Position numbers and translations under genes: made by a program. This document shows positions 30,142 through 39,835 of a stretch of 64,000 nucleotides of DNA, in pieces. The DNA comes from a bacterium. Lineage in GTDB: Bacteria > Calditrichota > Calditrichia > RBG-13-44-9 > J042. Position 1 is the first letter of the stretch. Each line of letters starts with the position of its first letter. Below the pieces are notes generated by a model. That model was not told the DNA's origin. It did not search any database and saw only the letters and a list, made by a program, of their open reading frames with translations. The stretch is from positions 19,572 to 83,571 of the forward strand of contig WFTQ01000035.1 of assembly GCA_015485355.1 (NCBI GenBank), written 5' to 3'.

Positions 30142-31272
30142 ATGGCATCCAGGCTTAAGCGTCGCCGGTTTCTGGGAACTTTAGGAAAAACCCTGGTTGC
30201 AAGCCTGCCGGTTTTTGCCTGGGGATGTACGCGACAAAACGAAACAACCAGCGCACAGGGGCCCGCCGTCATCACCCAAAAAACATTTTCCTGGAAGATG
30301 GTGACCACCTGGCCGCCCCATTTTCCGGCCCTGGGTGAAGGCGCAGAACGTTTTGCACAGTGGGTGGCGGATATGTCCGGCGGCCGTTTAACAATAAAAG
30401 TATACGGAGGCGGGGAATTGGTACCTCCCTTGGAGGTGTTCGATGCCGTCAGCCAGGGCATTGCCGAAATGGGGCATGGAGCGGCCTATTACTGGGCCGG
30501 GAAAGCCCCGGCGGCTCAGTTTTTTGCCGCGGTACCTTTCGGCATGAATGCCCAACAAATGCACGCCTGGATCGATACCGGGGGCGGCATGGCTTTGTGG
30601 CAGGAACTCTACGCCCAGTTCAACCTGGTGCCCTTCCCCGGCGGCAATACCGGCGTACAAATGGGAGGATGGTTCAATAAGGAAATCCAGAGCATTGAAG
30701 ACCTGAAAGGGTTGAAAATGCGCATTCCCGGTCTGGGAGGGAAAGTGATTGCACGGGCCGGCGGCGCGGCCATTCTATCTGCCGGGGGAGAAATTTACAC
30801 CAACCTGGAACGGGGAGTGATTGATGCCACCGAATGGATTGGCCCCTATCATGATTACTTAATGGGATTCCATCGCATCGCCAAGTATTATTATTATCCC
30901 GGCTGGCACGAACCCGGAACGGTAACGGAATTAATTTGTAATAAAAAGGCTTTCGACACGCTGCCGACCGACCTCCAGCACATCATTCGCGTGGCCGCGT
31001 GGCGGTTGAACACCTGGGTATTATCGGAATTCGAAACCAAAAATACGGAATACTTGCGGAAAATCCGGGCCGAAGGAAAAGTGCAAATCAAAAAATTCCC
31101 AGATGAAGTATTGCAAACATTTCGTCGACTTTCCCGGGAAGTCATCCAGGAAGTCGTGGAAAAAGACCCGTTCAGCAGAAAAGTCTATCAGTCCTTTCAA
31201 CGGTTTCAACACCAAATCGGCGAATGGGCCGCCCTATCGGAAAAAACGTACTACCACGTTCTAATGCCATAA
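30142..31272 (+). CDS. TRAP transporter substrate-binding protein (DctP family), orphan
   Basis: 376 aa. Tat-like signal (RRRFLGTLG). DctP-type fold. No dctQ/dctM genes nearby. Confidence 0.7.
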   Translation: MASRLKRRRFLGTLGKTLVASLPVFAWGCTRQNETTSAQGPAVITQKTFSWKMVTTWPPHFPALGEGAERFAQWVADMSGGRLTIKVYGGGELVPPLEVFDAVSQGIAEMGHGAAYYWAGKAPAAQFFAAVPFGMNAQQMHAWIDTGGGMALWQELYAQFNLVPFPGGNTGVQMGGWFNKEIQSIEDLKGLKMRIPGLGGKVIARAGGAAILSAGGEIYTNLERGVIDATEWIGPYHDYLMGFHRIAKYYYYPGWHEPGTVTELICNKKAFDTLPTDLQHIIRVAAWRLNTWVLSEFETKNTEYLRKIRAEGKVQIKKFPDEVLQTFRRLSREVIQEVVEKDPFSRKVYQSFQRFQHQIGEWAALSEKTYYHVLMP

Positions 31273-31517
31273 GCGGGGTCCGTTGACCGCATCGGACGAT
31301 GGCCCGAGGACATCACAGGGCGAATCGGTTGCGAGCACCCCCCTCCTACCGGAGCGGGGGAACCATCAGAGAACATTGGTTAATAAGAAACGATTTCGGA
31401 ATCAAATGACCGCTTTCATTACTGATTTTGATCCGGATAAAACTGTTCTTATTTTTATTCCCATCGGTTGCCGATAAATGGAAAAACAAAGCGGGATGTT
31501 CCTGGCAGGATGTAAAG

Positions 31518-32288
31518 ATGAAACGATCAAAACCCGTTCTTTTAGAGATCGATCCGCCGGTTGCCATCATCCAGTTGAATCGTGCGGAGGTTCATCATGC
31601 CATCGATCGGGCGATGATGGAGCTATTGGATGAATACACGCGCCGGATTGAGGCCCATGGACAAGTGCGCGTGGGTATTCTAACGGCCCGGGGGAATACA
31701 ACTTTTTGCGCGGGTGGGGATCTGAGATTTTTCTCTACTTTAACCACCCGGGAGTCGGGCTTGCACTTGTCCCGGCGCATGCAAACCATTCTGAATCGCA
31801 TCTGGCAAGGGCATATCCCCTTCATTGCGGCGATCAACGGAGCCGCCCTGGGCGGCGGATGCGAATTGATGACCGCCTGTCACATTCGCCTGGCCGCCGA
31901 GCACGCTCGCTTTTCTTATCGCCAGGCGGCCAACGGATTAATCACCGGCTGGGGAGGAGGGGTGCGTCTGTTTCGCATTCTGGGTCCCGGTGCCATACGC
32001 CTGTTAATCACCTCGGAATCCATCTCCGCGGAGCAGGCACTCCGCTTGGGATTGATTGATCAGGTGGTTGCCGCCCCTCAACTTCTCTCCGAAACCCGGA
32101 AATTGGCATCAACCATCGCCCGGAATTCCCCTGGAGCAGTGGCCGCTTTCCTGGAAATTCTCCGGGCCGTCTCCGACGGTCGATGGGAAACCGCTCGTTT
32201 CATCGAAACCAACCGTTTCGCCGATCTCTGGACGAGTCCCGAATTTCGCCGGTTTCTCAACCATTTTTTAAATTCTCAAGAAACCTGA
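31518..32288 (+). CDS. enoyl-CoA hydratase/isomerase (crotonase) family protein
   Basis: FCAGGDL and INGAALGGGCELMTACHIRLAAE crotonase signatures. The ORF track starts at 31428; I prefer MKRSKP at 31518. Confidence 0.75.
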   Translation: MKRSKPVLLEIDPPVAIIQLNRAEVHHAIDRAMMELLDEYTRRIEAHGQVRVGILTARGNTTFCAGGDLRFFSTLTTRESGLHLSRRMQTILNRIWQGHIPFIAAINGAALGGGCELMTACHIRLAAEHARFSYRQAANGLITGWGGGVRLFRILGPGAIRLLITSESISAEQALRLGLIDQVVAAPQLLSETRKLASTIARNSPGAVAAFLEILRAVSDGRWETARFIETNRFADLWTSPEFRRFLNHFLNSQET

Positions 32289-32377
32289 ACAGAGGAAGTA
32301 TCCGTTTGAATTTACCGGAGCAAACATTTACCCATCACCCAACCCCGGAAGCCCAGCGATCGACGGGGGCGAGCCGG

Positions 32378-33832
32378 TTGAACCTACTGCATGCCCTTTT
32401 ACACCGAACCGCGGCGTTTTTGCTATTGATCGGGCTGGTTGGCTGTGCCGTCAATCCGGTGACGGGCAAACGGGAATTGATTTTGCTGAGCGAGGCCGAT
32501 GAAATTCGTCTGGGCATTCAAACCGACCGCCAACTCACCCAAATGTACGGTGTGTACGCCGATCCCGAACTGGGGAGTTATATTGAACAACTGGGAGGGC
32601 AACTGGCCCGGCTGTCGCATCGACCGCGCTTGGATTATTCTTTTAAACTCACCGATACGCCGGTAATTAATGCCTTTGCCGTACCGGGGGGGTTCATTTA
32701 CATCACCCGGGGCATTTTGGCTTATCTAAACAGCGAGGCGGAATTGGCCGGTGTTATCGGACACGAGATTGGTCACATTGCGGCTCGGCACTCGGCGAGG
32801 CAGTACACACGCATTCAACTGGCTCAATTGGGATTAGGATTGGGTACCATGATTTCGGAGCGGTTTGCCCGTTTCGCCGGGGTGGCGGAATTGGGTCTGG
32901 GACTACTCTTTCTCAAATTCAGTCGCGACCAGGAAAAGCAGGCCGATGAACTGGGCGTGGAATATGCAGCAAAGGCCGGATACGACGCCCGGGAAATGGC
33001 CAATTTTTTCAGGACGCTGGATCGCATGACGCCTGATGAACAGAAAGGGGATCTGCCCAGCTGGTTTTCCACTCATCCCAATCCCCGGGATCGGGTGGCA
33101 TTGATCCGCGCTCGGGCAGGGGAATGGTTTCAACGACTGGGCCTGAAGCGACCCCGGATTCGCCGGGAGGCCTACTTGCGCCGGATAGACGGTCTGATTT
33201 TTGGCGCCGATCCCCGCCAGGGATTCGTCCGTAAGGGTCGGTTTTACCACCCGGAGCTGAAATTTCAATTTCCCGTGCCCGCCGGATGGACACTGAAAAA
33301 CAGCCCCACCCAGGTTCGCCTGATCGAACCGCAGGAAAGGGCGGCCGTTTTATTGACCCTGACCGAGGCTTCGGATCCGGCCAGCGCGGCGGCCTCTTTC
33401 ATCCGTCGGGAAAACGCCACTGTCATCCTCAACACGCCCGCAAAGGTTCATGGCTTTCGCAGCCACATTCTGTTATCCGAGGTGGCTCATCAACAACAGG
33501 TTATTCGGATCCTGTCCTACTTTATCCAGAAAGGGAATAATATATTTGTTTTTCATGGATTTACCAACGCGGCACGGTTTGAAGAATTCCAACCCCTTTT
33601 CGAATTGACCATGAGCAATTTTCGGGCACTGAAGGACCCTTCGATCCTGGCGATCCGACCGGACCGCATCCAAATCCGACGGGTGCCCCATACCGCCCCT
33701 CTGCAGAGCATACTGAAGCGCTGGAAAGTGGCACAAAACGATTATCAAACCGTGGCCCTGTTGAACGGACTTCCTTTGACCCACACGGTTGCCCAGGGCA
33801 CCCTGTTGAAAATCATCCAACGGGGTCAATAA
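32378..33832 (+). CDS. M48-family Zn metallopeptidase lipoprotein (BepA/YfgC-like)
   Basis: HExxH (GHEIGHIAARH), lipobox (LLIGLVGC) and a TPR-like C-terminus. The ORF track begins at 32183, inside the crotonase gene. A TTG at 32378 gives a proper signal peptide, but the start is uncertain. Confidence 0.75.
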   Translation: MNLLHALLHRTAAFLLLIGLVGCAVNPVTGKRELILLSEADEIRLGIQTDRQLTQMYGVYADPELGSYIEQLGGQLARLSHRPRLDYSFKLTDTPVINAFAVPGGFIYITRGILAYLNSEAELAGVIGHEIGHIAARHSARQYTRIQLAQLGLGLGTMISERFARFAGVAELGLGLLFLKFSRDQEKQADELGVEYAAKAGYDAREMANFFRTLDRMTPDEQKGDLPSWFSTHPNPRDRVALIRARAGEWFQRLGLKRPRIRREAYLRRIDGLIFGADPRQGFVRKGRFYHPELKFQFPVPAGWTLKNSPTQVRLIEPQERAAVLLTLTEASDPASAAASFIRRENATVILNTPAKVHGFRSHILLSEVAHQQQVIRILSYFIQKGNNIFVFHGFTNAARFEEFQPLFELTMSNFRALKDPSILAIRPDRIQIRRVPHTAPLQSILKRWKVAQNDYQTVALLNGLPLTHTVAQGTLLKIIQRGQ

Positions 33833-33857
33833 TCCTACGGCTCCTGTACCATTGCCC

Positions 33858-34952
33858 TTAGTTTTGCCGGGTTTTACCCGGCGGGGTTATCCGAGGCAGG
33901 GGAGGCTCGAAAAACAAGGTCATATCGTATCCCAAATCCTCCAATTTTCCCCGATGGGCAAAAATAAACTCCCGAACGGCATCGATACCGATGGCATACG
34001 TTACGCCGTAATTGATCCGCCGAAGGTTCCGAACGTACACCTCGCCCCGATAGGGTTTTTCTTCGGAAAGACGCTTTCGTAAGGTTCCCTTCTCCGGTAC
34101 CAGAATCAGCTCCGACTCCGCCGATACCGAATTCATAATGCCCACCAACTCGAAATTGGGAATGCCATCCCGAATGGCGACGACGATTCCCCCGCTGAAT
34201 CCTTTGTTAAAAGGGGCATCCACCAGAAACGACCCTTGACCGGTACGATTGGGACTACTCACCAATCCACTGGTAACCATTTTCTGCCCTTTCGGGAAAC
34301 CCAGAATATACACAAAGGTACCCCACTGCAGCTCCCTTGCCGAGCCAATGGGATAATCGAATACCCGTATGGGTTTTAAGGGTGGGCGGCTCAGGGTCTG
34401 TCCCACCAGAGCGACATCCAGAGAACGATCGGATATCAATATTTGAAGATTGTTGGCCAGGGGCAAATCCGGAATGTAATTCTGCTGTCGAATTTTCAGG
34501 GCGATGCTCTCCAGAAATTCCGTCGGCTGATCAAAAGCATCGATCCGGTAAGAAAACAGGGTATCCGGAAAATCGATAATATGCGCACAGGTCAACAACG
34601 CCAATTGAACATCCTGGGCATATACCACCGTGGCGGTTCCCGAAGCGGTTCGATTGAAAAACGTTTGCTGAACGGCATTGGCTTTAATGACTTCCTCCGA
34701 AAGCGGCCCCCGTTTTAAACGCGCCTCCGGCGCAAAAATGTAGCCTCTATAATAGGCCACACAATTCAAGAAATGAACCGATTCCAGTAAGCGTTCCAGT
34801 TCCCGGGATGCAGGACGATCCGGAAATTCGGAATCGTATTTGCCATCCGGGATCCGAACGGGAGGCGCCTGCATCTTCTGCAGGCTACAGTTCGAGAAAA
34901 ACAGAGCCGCCAACACTATCAAAAAGCCAAACCCACTGATTTTACCCGCCAT
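33858..34952 (-). CDS. trypsin-like (S1) serine protease, signal-peptide/lipoprotein-like
   Basis: 364 aa. Catalytic triad context TCAHII (His), DVALVG (Asp) and NKGFSGGIVV (Ser). Confidence 0.65.
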   Translation of the reverse strand: MAGKISGFGFLIVLAALFFSNCSLQKMQAPPVRIPDGKYDSEFPDRPASRELERLLESVHFLNCVAYYRGYIFAPEARLKRGPLSEEVIKANAVQQTFFNRTASGTATVVYAQDVQLALLTCAHIIDFPDTLFSYRIDAFDQPTEFLESIALKIRQQNYIPDLPLANNLQILISDRSLDVALVGQTLSRPPLKPIRVFDYPIGSARELQWGTFVYILGFPKGQKMVTSGLVSSPNRTGQGSFLVDAPFNKGFSGGIVVAIRDGIPNFELVGIMNSVSAESELILVPEKGTLRKRLSEEKPYRGEVYVRNLRRINYGVTYAIGIDAVREFIFAHRGKLEDLGYDMTLFFEPPLPRITPPGKTRQN

Positions 34953-35329
34953 TGCCTCTCAATGGTTTTTCCTCAAAACATTACAAACGGCCATGTTAAT
35001 TTAAAGCTGATCTCCCGGGAATTCCAGACCCATTCCCTGAGCAAGTTAATGAGTAACCCGGAGAATTCACACCGGAAATGCAAATTGCCTGGGTGTTTGA
35101 ATTCGTTAGCCGTCAACAATGCACCCTACGGGGGATGCCGAAGGGATTTTTCGGTAAGCCCCGGCATGGAAACGTCGATCGGGGGGGTAATGCCGGTTAC
35201 AAAACGTCGGGCGCTGTCGGCAAATTCGCAGAGACGAGGAATCCATTCATCGGATATGGGAAATCCCCGCGCTTTTTCATCATTCTCAATCGGCGGCTGG
35301 GGACCCTTCGAGAGAATAACCAATTCGAT

Positions 35330-35992
35330 TTATCCCGGACTCCAGGAAATTCCCATTAAAGGATATATCTCCAGACTTTTCCAGCCGACGATCCATCGAT
35401 CTCTTTTAGGAATATTCATTATTCCATAAGCAACCTGAAATCGCATAAACAAACGAAAATTTTCCAAGATACCTTTCAGAGGCATTTCTATGCCCCCTCC
35501 CAAATGTATCGCCCGGTTTCCCCGGTTCATCATATCCGTGTTGTCATGGGTTTCCGTAGACCCGTCCGTATAAGTGATCCGTGATCTTGCCGATAACAGA
35601 TATCCCCACTCTATGCCGGCCACAAGGAAAGGGTTCAGGGCGTACGGTAATTGGATTTTAACCGAAATGGGAACCGAAAGATATTGGTGGATGATGCTAA
35701 AATTCACAGGCGGGGCGGTTGGTGCCGATCGGGAAGAAGGATCTTGTCGGATCGTGACTTTATTGGAAATGACCGCATACCGCAACCCGAACTGCAAGGA
35801 AACGTGATTCGGTAAGGGCATCTCCAAGAAGATGCCCCCGTGAGGATTGAAGCGAGGTTCGTTTCGTTCCCAAAAAGCAACCAGGGAATCGTAACGCACC
35901 GTGGTGAGGGAGGGGCCTGCGTACATCCCAAGGGAAAAAGAAGTATCGTCGGCAAGCGCTTTTATTTTCAAAGAAAAGAGCGTCATCATCGC
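35330..35992 (-). CDS. outer-membrane beta-barrel protein (OmpA-like/porin-family barrel)
   Basis: Signal peptide MMTLFSLKIKALA, alternating hydrophobic strands, and a C-terminal …ISWSPG. The ORF track extends to 36121. Confidence 0.5.
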   Translation of the reverse strand, partial: AMMTLFSLKIKALADDTSFSLGMYAGPSLTTVRYDSLVAFWERNEPRFNPHGGIFLEMPLPNHVSLQFGLRYAVISNKVTIRQDPSSRSAPTAPPVNFSIIHQYLSVPISVKIQLPYALNPFLVAGIEWGYLLSARSRITYTDGSTETHDNTDMMNRGNRAIHLGGGIEMPLKGILENFRLFMRFQVAYGIMNIPKRDRWIVGWKSLEIYPLMGISWSPG

Positions 35993-36790
35993 CGCCACCA
36001 GCACCCAACCGTGGGGAATGGTCCAACCATTTCGCCCATTCCAAAAGCCGGCAAGAGACGCCGTTTGTCTTTCCTCACGCGATTTCCGCCGCCAGGAAAA
36101 CCTTAAACTGTCTGCATGCATGGCCTACCCCCCTAATTTAAACAGGTTGATCCGAGGCGATTGTATCCTCACAAGCAGAAATCCGTGCCGGTCAGAGCGA
36201 GGGAGGGGAATCCTTTGCAGGATGGCCGCCATCCCCTCGAAAAGACCCCAAACAGAGCCTCAAGGGTTGCACCAATCTTCTGCTCGTTGGTCACAACAAG
36301 GTAAAGATGGGCCGCTGTTTTTTCAATCGCTTTTTTCTTCCGCCTTCAGGGAGAACAGAATTTATATGGGCCCGCGGTTTCCCAAAATCGATTCAATTGG
36401 AACCGGTTACTTTCACAAGCGAAAATGCCGTCCGGATTTTGCTTTTCGTCCTCCGGGAAATGCAATGAGGCGGAACGCCGTCTTTCGTTAAAGCCAGCGT
36501 ATTACTCCCTGCAAAACCTCCAGGTCAGGGACGCGCAAGAGCCGCCCCCATTTACCAGGGATATTTTCCGGTTTCCAGAGCCTCTGGAAGGGGTACAGCC
36601 GGATAAGAAACGTCCCGATACCGTGGCTTCCTTAAAGGGCCCCACAAAGGTCCTGCCATGGCGGGCGAGAGATTCTTTTCTATCTCCGGAGAAAAGTGGG
36701 AGACGCTGCCTCTGAGCTTCAATGATCCACGTGCCGCTCGATATTGACCGCCTGGGTTGACCTTTCTAAAAAACGTCGGTCATTGCCACC

Positions 36791-36816
36791 GGGAAAGATC
36801 GCCGGCGATCTTTCCC
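36791..36816. repeat. perfect 26-bp palindrome GGGAAAGATCGCCGGCGATCTTTCCC
   Basis: Read directly from the sequence; 13-nt arms with no spacer. It lies in the 750-bp non-coding gap between the OMP gene and the CTD mini-protein gene. Confidence 0.9.
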
Positions 36817-36869
36817 GATTTCACTGCTCATCACCCGGTCTACCGGACGTCTCGGGCCGGGGCTGGACC

Positions 36870-37403
36870 TTATCTTAGCAGAATCATTTTACGGGTCTTG
36901 ACATATTCTCGGGTTACCATCTTATAAAAATAAACCCCGCTGGCTAAACGCGTACCGTTCAACTGAACCCGGTAGTGGCCGGGCGAATGAATGCGATTCA
37001 CCAGGACCGCGACCCGTTCGCCCAGGAGATTATATACGGCAATATACACCCGGGTCTTCCGGGCCACCGAATAGGCAATGGTGGTCAGGGGATTGAAAGG
37101 ATTGGGAAAGTTCTGCTTCAACTGAAACCGTACCGGCAAAACGGCGCCGGGCTCGGAAGTCCCGGTGATCATATTGCTGGACGCGTACCAGAACCCTATC
37201 CATCCAATCGAGACCGTGTCCCCGCTGGCGCCGATCATCGTTTGTCCGAGGGTACCGCTGAGCTGATGAACGCTGTCCCGAACCACCAGCCCCCCGTTCC
37301 CCAACACGCTTTGTTGTATTTGGTATTGACCCGGCAAAGGGTTCGAAAAAAGCAGGAGGTAATAAAAACCCATCACCCAAACGAAACAATTTACGGGTTT
37401 CAT
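36870..37403 (-). CDS. small secreted protein consisting essentially of a T9SS type-A C-terminal sorting domain
   Basis: 177 aa. Signal peptide, a roughly 60-aa Gly/Ser-rich segment, then QNFPNPFNPLTTIAYSV…GVYFYKMV…RKMILLR. Confidence 0.7.
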   Translation of the reverse strand: MKPVNCFVWVMGFYYLLLFSNPLPGQYQIQQSVLGNGGLVVRDSVHQLSGTLGQTMIGASGDTVSIGWIGFWYASSNMITGTSEPGAVLPVRFQLKQNFPNPFNPLTTIAYSVARKTRVYIAVYNLLGERVAVLVNRIHSPGHYRVQLNGTRLASGVYFYKMVTREYVKTRKMILLR

Positions 37404-37482
37404 GGTTGCGACTCCTTAGCGTATGGTTTACTTGCGTAACCTACCGGCTACGGATTCTTTCCATCCGAATACAGACGAAGGG

Positions 37483-39249
37483 TCACCGTCCCCGGGTCCA
37501 TCGGTACTGGTTCTCCAGCGCATTCACCCGTTCCATTAATACTTGAATGGCCGTTTGCTGTTGATCCATTTGTTTTTGCTGCTCTTTAATGGCCTGAATT
37601 AAAACGGCCACCAGTCGGGCATAATCCACCGAGCGGGCATCGTCGCCGTTTTCCTCATAAGTAACGATTTCGGGAATCACTCGGCCGACCTCTTCGGCGA
37701 TTAGTCCAATATCATGTTTGCCGCTGGATTTCCAATCGAAACGTACCCCGCGCAACTGCATGACTATCTGCAGGGCTTTTTCAATGGGCCGGACGTTGGT
37801 TTTCCAGCGGCGGGAACTATAGGTGGTCCACCCATCGGCAATGGGATCGGTCAAAGACCCCTGTTCTATCGTCAAGATGTTGGGCGGGTTGCTATGGCCG
37901 ATTCCTACTTTGCCATCGTCGGTGATAACGACTTTGGTATCCATGCCTGTTTTCCCCAGTCGGAACTCTAAGGCATCATTGTCGGTGTTATACACAATCG
38001 CCACATCGTTTCCCTTTCCATTGGTAAAACGGAGTTTGGTATCTCCATTGGAACTCAGGTGCAGATGTCCCCGCGGTTGGGTTGTGCCAATGCCCACCGA
38101 ATCGGCGAAATACGATTTTCCTCCCTGAGCAAAGATGGCGTAACTGTTTGCCCCTTCCACTTTTTGATTTTCGATCAGCACGCCGTAAATGTTTTCCATG
38201 GTTCCCGTATAGTTCCGAGGCGAAGCCACAAAAACGCCCCGCACGTTTTGTATTTTTCCGGAATTGTGATTGCTGACGACAGCATACAATCCGTTGGCGA
38301 TTTCGATGGTACCCGTGGAAAAATTCTTGACCAAACTATATAAGCCGGAGGCTTCGGTAACGGTGCCGGCGTCGGAATAATTCCTTATCATGGCCTGAAT
38401 GGCCTTGGGAGCATAATAAGTGCCCGCAGCAGCGATATAATCGGAGCTGACTACCAGGGCACGCGTATTTCTTAAACTCACATTGTCGGCCACATCACGG
38501 ACCATATGGAGCCTTACCGCCGTAAAACCGTCCTCTGTACCCAGGGAATCGGTTTCTTTGACGACAAGCTTCTCATCGGCTTGACTATCCCCAATAACCA
38601 CCGATCCTTTAACCCGCAAGCCATCCGGTCCGTCGATCGACACGGCACCGGCATCGGCCGTAATCTGACGACCGGCACCGGCTCCCCCCTGATCGTAAGC
38701 CTGATCCAGAGTATTGCCCCCTTCCGCCGAAGGACTCGCGGCGATGGTAATGGTATTACCGCTCTGGGACAACGACACGTTGTTTCCTGCGGCCAGGGTT
38801 ACCGCATCGGTCAAACCGTTGAGGCTGCGCACCACCTGACCGTCAGCAATTTTAGCCGAGGTAATGGCGCTATCCCTTACGGTGTGGGCGTTCAAAGAGT
38901 AAGCCGACGCCGCCAGCGGTATCCGGGGCACCATTTCCTGCCCACTCCCCACCGTAACGCCCAACCAGTAGGGCCGATCAAACGCCGGCGTTAAAGGGGT
39001 CACCGTGCCTAACAACACATTAAACAATCCATCCTGGACCGGCACCGTTTGGGTCTCCGACCATAGTGCGGTACCTCCATCCAGCGCATCGTACAACCGA
39101 AAGGTCATCTCATAGGCGCCATCCGTCACCGCCGTTCCATTGACATCGGTCAATACTCCCTGGTAACTGATCGTCCGGGGAATCTGGGCGCTACCCAATT
39201 GAAAAGCAATGAAAAGCAAACACAACCAGGTTAAAGCGTTGCGTCTCAT
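37483..39249 (-). CDS. secreted tail-fibre-like protein with a C-terminal peptidase-S74 / intramolecular-chaperone (endosialidase chaperone) domain
   Basis: 588 aa. Signal peptide (LGSAQIP). The C-terminus …IGLIAEEVGRVIPEIV…SVDYARLVAVLIQAIKEQQKQ…LENQ is the characteristic autoproteolytic chaperone domain of phage tail spikes and fibres. A strong RBS (GGAGGAAGCCCC) precedes the ATG. Confidence 0.65.
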   Translation of the reverse strand: MRRNALTWLCLLFIAFQLGSAQIPRTISYQGVLTDVNGTAVTDGAYEMTFRLYDALDGGTALWSETQTVPVQDGLFNVLLGTVTPLTPAFDRPYWLGVTVGSGQEMVPRIPLAASAYSLNAHTVRDSAITSAKIADGQVVRSLNGLTDAVTLAAGNNVSLSQSGNTITIAASPSAEGGNTLDQAYDQGGAGAGRQITADAGAVSIDGPDGLRVKGSVVIGDSQADEKLVVKETDSLGTEDGFTAVRLHMVRDVADNVSLRNTRALVVSSDYIAAAGTYYAPKAIQAMIRNYSDAGTVTEASGLYSLVKNFSTGTIEIANGLYAVVSNHNSGKIQNVRGVFVASPRNYTGTMENIYGVLIENQKVEGANSYAIFAQGGKSYFADSVGIGTTQPRGHLHLSSNGDTKLRFTNGKGNDVAIVYNTDNDALEFRLGKTGMDTKVVITDDGKVGIGHSNPPNILTIEQGSLTDPIADGWTTYSSRRWKTNVRPIEKALQIVMQLRGVRFDWKSSGKHDIGLIAEEVGRVIPEIVTYEENGDDARSVDYARLVAVLIQAIKEQQKQMDQQQTAIQVLMERVNALENQYRWTRGR

Positions 39250-39679
39250 GGGGCTTCCTCCTTAATTGTAATGGAATGGATTTAAAAAATAAATGGTATT
39301 TCTCCTCATCAGAAAGCCCTGACTTGCTAAAACAGCTGTTCCGACTCATTCCAACAATGATTTTGGTTCAATCTCACAATTGAAACCAGCGAAAAAAGGT
39401 AAAGACGTGCATTCCCTCCCTTGATCACCACCGGAAGGGCTTTATGGCTAAAGCGCAATCCAAACTGCAAAAGCATTCGCATGTGAGGGAGAATAGGGAA
39501 GCCTTACCAGAGAGGAAAACCCGAAAGCGGCGCGTTTCCGGCATTAAGGCATCTTTTGCATCTGGAATTGCGGGATAACGGGATCCCGATTTGACTCAGG
39601 ATTATGAACAAACCCCGTTTGCTGCATTATGAGATCGATAATACCCGGCTGTATGATGAAATCGGTTATTTTCTTGATC

Positions 39680-39725
39680 TAATATAAAAAATCCTGGCGG
39701 AATATCAAGCCGTTTTCCGCCAGGA
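39680..39725 (-). terminator. rho-independent terminator downstream of nhaA
   Basis: On the minus strand: CCUGGCGGAA-(12-nt loop)-UUCCGCCAGG followed by AUUUUUUAUAUU. Confidence 0.6.
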
Positions 39726-39835
39726 AGTGAAAAAGTTTTTCGGTTTTCAAAAAGTAAGGGGAATTTCACCCTTCATGGGATGGTGCACATGCCCGAAGCG
39801 AGCGAAATTCAGTCGTTTCCGATGGGAACGGGGAA

